A stretch of 64,000 bases of DNA from a virus. A model generated the notes under the pieces. It did no database searches. It saw only the letters and a program-made list of their open reading frames with translations, and had not been told where the DNA came from. How positions within the stretch are numbered: position 1 is the first letter of the stretch; every line of letters starts with the position of its first letter. The stretch covers positions 50,733 through 114,732 of IMG/VR virus record IMGVR_UViG_3300010399_000002. One strand, given 5' to 3'. Shown here in pieces: positions 58,473 through 64,000 of this stretch. The translations under genes and the position numbers were made by a program.

Positions 58473-58730
58473 TTCAATGTCTTACCTCTGTTTCAATCTG
58501 CTTCTTTGGACTGAATGCGATACCGGGCTCGATGCGATCCGCCAAACAAACTACCTCATCATCAACAACACACCAATCCACCTCGCCGTGACAGTGTGCT
58601 GTAAACACTGTAGTACAACGGACTGGATCGTACTGCACTTCCAAAGCCTCGACTGGCCTCTTGCACTTAAAACAAATGATCTGATAGAACTTCGCTACAG
58701 CATCACCCAAACCGTAGCCTAGAAAAGCAC

Positions 58731-59414
58731 TCACTGTATGACCTCAACAAATACGGCCTCGCCGGTAGTAGTCTTACTCCACATCGTAACCTCAACACAA
58801 CCTCCAGCTGGAACTGCGAGTGTAGCTGGTAGCGTTGGTATCGGCTCGGGCTTCGGTCTTTCACGGTCAATCATTACTGTAGCCAATCGCAAACCTCCGG
58901 CTATAGCTGGAGCAAGGGCTCGCCACTTATCTGCGATCTTAACCGCTTGACTGGCTTGTGCTGCGGTTACCGCCCAGGCTAGACCTTCGATAATCAACAA
59001 CGCGATGCGAGCAGGTGATCTGCGATCTTGCAACCTGACCTTCCTTTGAACGGCCTTGGCAGTTAGAGGCGCGAAGTGAGTAGCTGCTGCACGATAGAGC
59101 TGGCCCGAACTGATGTTGCGAGCTTCGGGGGCGCAAACCTCTACTGCCCATTCGGTAACGCCCTTGATAGACACATTGTCTTGTGGAGCAAACAGAACTG
59201 TAGTTGGTGGCAGAGACGCAAACAGGTGACCGGATAATAGAATAACTAATAGAACTAGAAGGGTCTGTCTGTTGTACGTCTTTTCGGGACTAACAGAGGC
59301 GGCGGTTACTAGGACGCAAGGCGTCTGCGCTACCGTTGCACCCGGAGGTGACTTAGTACTTTTGCGCTTCACCGTTTCAGACCCTAACCCGCACGACTTG
59401 AACCTTTGGTACAT
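58731..59414 (-). CDS. Hypothetical protein, probably exported (start likely internal)
   Basis: LLVLLVILLSGHLFAS hydrophobic segment. Confidence 0.5.
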   Translation of the reverse strand: MYQRFKSCGLGSETVKRKSTKSPPGATVAQTPCVLVTAASVSPEKTYNRQTLLVLLVILLSGHLFASLPPTTVLFAPQDNVSIKGVTEWAVEVCAPEARNISSGQLYRAAATHFAPLTAKAVQRKVRLQDRRSPARIALLIIEGLAWAVTAAQASQAVKIADKWRALAPAIAGGLRLATVMIDRERPKPEPIPTLPATLAVPAGGCVEVTMWSKTTTGEAVFVEVIQ

Positions 59415-60310
59415 TGATGATCTCGAACTTCTGGCCGTAAGCTAAACAATGCCTGGATGCACACTCGACAATCTTGTGATTTTCCGAATGGCATAAGACC
59501 CAACCACACAGAGGGCATACAGGTTCTGTTTGTGTAGGCAGTTCCGTAACTGGAGCTGGGTTCGCGGCCGAAGCCCCGATAATAGTCTTGAAGAACTCGG
59601 CTCGTGTCATCGACGCCATCTCCCACCGGGACTGTTTATGCGACGCGCTACCCGGGATAAAGCCCCTTCTACTACAAGGCCCACAGCAGCACAGATCAAA
59701 ATCCAAAACACCAAATCCGTATAACCCCAATCATCACTCATGACTTACCTCGATCCGTAGCTGAGCATCTGTAGCACAGCACGCGCCTGGGCAGCTTGTT
59801 GTCTACACTGAACTGAATGTTGGTTTGCTTCAACAGCGTCTTGTCGATCAACCCTAGAGCTACGGCACATACCCAACACTCTAACCTCACGAACTCCGGA
59901 ACAGGAACATCCTTCAGCGCTTCTTTCCACTGCGCTTCCTCGATGTCTCGCAGCCGCTTTGCTGCTCTGGTCTTCCAGGCTGGCACTTGCACTAAAAGAT
60001 TATACCTAATCGACGAAGTGTCCCATACTTTCACATACAACTACATAGGACGCGACCGTAACGCTACTTCGTCTGTACTCCTGAAACCTGCGCAGCTCTT
60101 CGACACTGATTGGATGTAAGACTAGTTCTTGTTTACCGCAACCGCATTTGCAACTCGAGTGCTTGACCCACACCGTTAACGGCAACAAAGCTAACATGTA
60201 GTCTTTGGGCTCGGGCGTGCAGAACTTGCACGGTCTCTCCACCTCGAATTGCTTCCACTCCTGAGCCTCTTCTGGAGGCAAGACCAGAGGCGATGCCCAA
60301 TTCGTAGCTG

Positions 60311-61762
60311 TCACTGAGTGATCACTTTCTTTACGATCATAGCCACCCACTGGTCCATAGGAATTTTCTTTTCGTCTGGCCAATCGTTAGGCTTGTATGA
60401 AGATGGACTCGGCACTTGCCACCCTGGTACTGTTCTCTGAGCAAACTCTGTCCACTTAGCCAACGTGTGCTTGTGGGTACCTGCTGGGCTTTGACTTAGT
60501 ATTGCACGAATAGCATCAACTAAAGGCATATCATCACCTGATGGTGGAGGCGGTGGCGGACTTGGTGGTTGTGGAGGCTGCGGCGGTGGAGGCGGTTGGG
60601 GAGGCTGTGGTGGCGACGGGGGCGGGGGACTAGGTGGTGGATCGCCTCGATTGATCAGATACACGTCTCCGTAGTTGTCGGCTGGTTCGCCCCAATTGGA
60701 ACGGAACACGATCTGCTTACCGTCCCGCCGGATGGAAGCCAGTGGCATACCCATATAGTCACTGGTATTCGATCTGTGCTTACAAAGTGGAATTACACCC
60801 GAACCGTCGGCTGCGACTAACAACAACTCATTGGCGTGTGGAACAGTTAACGACAGATCACCGTAAGTCTCAACTAGAACTACATCTTCGATGTTGCCTG
60901 GACCCGGAGCGGAGACATGAACTGCTAAACCCCAATCGAGTGGAAGCAGACACGTCCTTCGACCATCGGCTAACCTTACCTTCTCAATACCATTTGGACA
61001 ATTGGGCAATCCTGGAACATCGTTGGAATTTGTACGATACAGGACTTCGTCTCCGGATCTGTCCCGACCCACGTCCATATGGGAACCGGAGACAGCTAAT
61101 TGCCTGAGCCTGGTCCCGTTCCAATCGAATAGGTCTATCGAACCACGACCGTCTTTCCAGGTGATCGTTAACTTCTTTCCGTCTGGTGTGATGTACGTAC
61201 TGTCGACTGGGCGATTGTTGACTTGAACTGGTGCGCTGCGCTGTTCTGAAACTGCATCGTAGATAAAGATCTCGCGTGGGACGATCTGCCCATCGGCATT
61301 TACATCTCCGCCGCAAAGCGCCATGCGATCATACAGATCCTGACAAAGGTCTCCTTCACCCAAACCGGAGATTTTCTGGTACTCGGGAAAAGCCCGAACT
61401 GGAAATGGTGCTGCGGCACTATCGACGTTTGTAGCCATCAGTACGTTACCATTCAAAAAATACAGAATGGTCGGCAACTTGCGGGACCAACGCGGCTCGC
61501 TACTGGACGAAATTACAAACGGCAGATCCTTCAGATACAAACCGGTAACCGCATCGTACAGCGCACTGTAGCTCTGATGGATCAGGAAGAACTGTTTGTT
61601 GTCTAGACGCCAATTGCTGACTGTAGCGTAGTCGGGAGTGCACCAAGCCAAGAAACCAGAACCATCGGCATTGTTAGGCATACGCCGGCAGTCCGTAATA
61701 CGCTTGAGTGGCGTAAGGTACGTTGGATCGTTAAACAATTGGCCTAGTGCGGGCGGCGTCAT
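60311..61762 (-). CDS. Beta-propeller (TolB-like) protein with poly-Pro linker and small C-terminal domain
   Basis: ITPDGKKL, ASIRRDGKQIVFRSNW; PPPSPPPPSPPQPP linker. Confidence 0.7.
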   Translation of the reverse strand: MTPPALGQLFNDPTYLTPLKRITDCRRMPNNADGSGFLAWCTPDYATVSNWRLDNKQFFLIHQSYSALYDAVTGLYLKDLPFVISSSSEPRWSRKLPTILYFLNGNVLMATNVDSAAAPFPVRAFPEYQKISGLGEGDLCQDLYDRMALCGGDVNADGQIVPREIFIYDAVSEQRSAPVQVNNRPVDSTYITPDGKKLTITWKDGRGSIDLFDWNGTRLRQLAVSGSHMDVGRDRSGDEVLYRTNSNDVPGLPNCPNGIEKVRLADGRRTCLLPLDWGLAVHVSAPGPGNIEDVVLVETYGDLSLTVPHANELLLVAADGSGVIPLCKHRSNTSDYMGMPLASIRRDGKQIVFRSNWGEPADNYGDVYLINRGDPPPSPPPPSPPQPPQPPPPPQPPQPPSPPPPPPSGDDMPLVDAIRAILSQSPAGTHKHTLAKWTEFAQRTVPGWQVPSPSSYKPNDWPDEKKIPMDQWVAMIVKKVITQ

Positions 61763-62293
61763 AAGCCTTCTCCACGATCTTTTTGGCTTCGGACAACTTC
61801 TGTGCTTGGCCTTTTATTGGAATCAACTCACCGGCCTTGTTGAGCAGGTACATGCGGTACCGGCCATCGATAAACTGAACCGTGCCGATTACACCTGCCT
61901 TGGCTGCATGAAGCCAGTAACGAGAACCTTGACTGGCTCGGCTGCGTTGCCAAGTCACTTGAAATACGGTAGGTTACCTGCCTGGAAGCACACGGCGAGT
62001 AGACCGCAAGCGAACATGTACTCCCCGGCACGTTTGACCAGCGCATTGCTGGCAAGTGCCCACAACAACAAACCTGCTAGAGAAATTGCTAAAGCTGGTG
62101 CTATAAGCATTATGTCTTCTCCTTTGACCTTCTTAGTCTCGATGTTAGACGAAACAACTTACCTTGAAAGAAATAGGCCTGAAAGTAACGGGTCTTCGAT
62201 GACCAACTATGAACATACGCTGTCTTACCTGAATAGTGCTTGTAACGGTAAACGCGAACACCGTCGACTGTACCAATTAGTTCTGGACGAAAT

Positions 62294-63742
62294 CTAATCT
62301 TCGTTGTCGACTTCTTCGTCTGGGATGTCTTCGTCGTCTGTTTCATCTGGAGCTTCGAATTGCTTTTGCTCGTTCTCGAACTTGCGGTCGTCGCGTTGAC
62401 GCTGGACCTGTTGCAACGCGGCCAAGTCTTTTGACTTCTCTGGCCACTTCTGCAATTGCCTGATCCAGTTCTCTAGATTGTCGTCTGGGAACAGGGGCAT
62501 GCCTGACCCGGACAGGTTCTTAATCAGGTTCCCTAACTCGTTCAAGTCGGGTGTCTCGATATCGCTAGGCACCAGCTGCGGCATGTTCTCTTTCTTGAAC
62601 GTGGGATTCATCCGCCACAAACCGGGAATAGCGTATCGATTGACGACCGAGGCTATTGACTTGTTGATGGAATTAAGAGCAAGACCGAATACGTCCGTCT
62701 TGCTGGATGATAACGCCCAGCTGCCTACGGCTTGCTGGCCTAGAAACAGAAAGTCTGCAACTACGGTCGTAGCCATCAACCGATTGATTCGATCGATGAT
62801 CTTGCCGACGTCGTGTTGTCTTGATCCCGCGCTGGATAACAACTCGATCCAGCATAACTTGTTGCCTTTTTCGTCGAAGACTGCGGGCATGATGAGACCT
62901 TCCTGCTCATCGCGCCTTACGTTACGCAGGATCTTCTTGAACTCGTCCATGTACGTCGTACCGTTCGGCAACCTCGAAGCTGCGACTTCACCCGACGTGT
63001 AGATAACAGGAATGCCGGCGAGATCTCGTTCTACACCTATAGCCTCGATCTCTTCGAACCTGCGCTTGAAATACCAGAGACGGTAGACGTTCCTTAACAG
63101 CGACCAGCCTTCCGGACTGCCCTTGTATTGCCGTGTTCTGAAAAGCAACCCGCGACTGATTGGAATTGGGGTCGTAATGTACTTCGGCGGACCTAGCTGC
63201 ACAAAAGCCTGCGTCCCGCCTTCTTCATCGAACTCCCACTCGAATAACGTATCTTGTGAACGAATCGGGAACTTGCGCCAACCTATTTGCCCGTCATCGA
63301 ACTTCGAGTTCTTTCTGGGGTCATTAGACTCACCCATGCGACGTTTGTAGATAACTTCGTGGAAGCTGTAACCGAACGGCAACATGCTCAGAACTTCACT
63401 CAGGAATTCCTCCCAAGTATGAGACATATCTGCAACGCAGCCTTCCACGAACTCCACGCTCTGTTTGTCTGTACCGTCGACCCGCCAAGTCGTGTTCCGC
63501 AACACCATCTCGATCACATACTGGATTGCGCCTATGACCGAATCGTTCCAGAGCATCTCCTGGAAGATCTTGGCTGCTCTCTCGCCGCGTAGATCGGTTA
63601 AGAACTCTTCATAGATCTGAGACTTCAGTCCGTAACGCTTGAGACCCGTAACTCCTAGTTCCTTCAGATCCTGGCCGCGGTCCAGTTTTTCGACTGGACT
63701 ATAGGCTAGAGCTGGAATAGGCAGAGCTGATCTCTTTGCCAT
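62294..63742 (-). CDS. Portal protein
   Basis: ELGVTG, LPFGYS.HE..YK, RSQ.TL..W.FD, P.G.S.LR..Y..WY.K...E.IE.IGVERD..G.P, GSWAL; first gene of the head module. Confidence 0.9.
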   Translation of the reverse strand: MAKRSALPIPALAYSPVEKLDRGQDLKELGVTGLKRYGLKSQIYEEFLTDLRGERAAKIFQEMLWNDSVIGAIQYVIEMVLRNTTWRVDGTDKQSVEFVEGCVADMSHTWEEFLSEVLSMLPFGYSFHEVIYKRRMGESNDPRKNSKFDDGQIGWRKFPIRSQDTLFEWEFDEEGGTQAFVQLGPPKYITTPIPISRGLLFRTRQYKGSPEGWSLLRNVYRLWYFKRRFEEIEAIGVERDLAGIPVIYTSGEVAASRLPNGTTYMDEFKKILRNVRRDEQEGLIMPAVFDEKGNKLCWIELLSSAGSRQHDVGKIIDRINRLMATTVVADFLFLGQQAVGSWALSSSKTDVFGLALNSINKSIASVVNRYAIPGLWRMNPTFKKENMPQLVPSDIETPDLNELGNLIKNLSGSGMPLFPDDNLENWIRQLQKWPEKSKDLAALQQVQRQRDDRKFENEQKQFEAPDETDDEDIPDEEVDNED

Positions 63743-64000
63743 GTTATTGGATTGCAACTCCGCCGATCTTGTCTACGCCTGTTACGGGAATCATGACTTC
63801 AGAAAAGGTCTTCGGATGACAATTGGGAGATCTGCGCTCGTGATCTCGAACTAGAGCTGGTGTGGCAATCTTTTCCAACCACGTAACTGCGTCTTCGGCC
63901 GGATCATCGCTGCGAGCTGGAACTTCCACCTCAACTCGATGCAAGCCGCACTCGACACATGAGTACTTGCAAGTGATCGTCGAAACGGGTACGAAAGCCA

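Noticed and set aside
60540-60645. G-rich GGTGG/GGCGG repeat tract
   Set aside because: Explained by the poly-proline linker encoded on the minus strand.
1-64000. Alternative genetic code
   Set aside because: Core genes (portal, capsid, tape measure, helicases) are intact in the standard code and end in TAA, TAG and TGA.

Overview
A 64-kb segment of a tailed dsDNA phage with siphovirus-like gene order (long tape measure, no sheath seen). Almost all genes are on the minus strand. Reading right to left: portal; a ~9-kb accessory and membrane-protein insert; MuF-type minor head protein; a ChaB/2H-phosphoesterase/XkdF-protease polyprotein; scaffold, cement and major capsid proteins; Ser/Thr-rich fibre-like proteins; head-tail connector genes; a ~9-kb glycosyltransferase/methyltransferase/radical-SAM cluster; tail tube, chaperones, tape measure and tail tip; SF2 helicase; small early genes and regulators; a NAMPT-like plus PRS-like pair (NARP1-type NAD+ reconstitution); DnaB-like helicase and primase. 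Four free-standing homing-type endonuclease genes are present. The most notable unexplained signals are: (1) six co-oriented copies of an 80-bp multi-box element with invariant spacing, every 4.6-11.5 kb; (2) four to five proteins sharing a K-xN(P/T)xH..GQF-Gly leader on unrelated cargo domains, a candidate capsid-loading system; (3) a glycan-building cluster with three Maf/sialyltransferase-like paralogs inside the virion operon. All family assignments come from motif recognition by eye, not database searches. No tRNA, rRNA or CRISPR array was seen.
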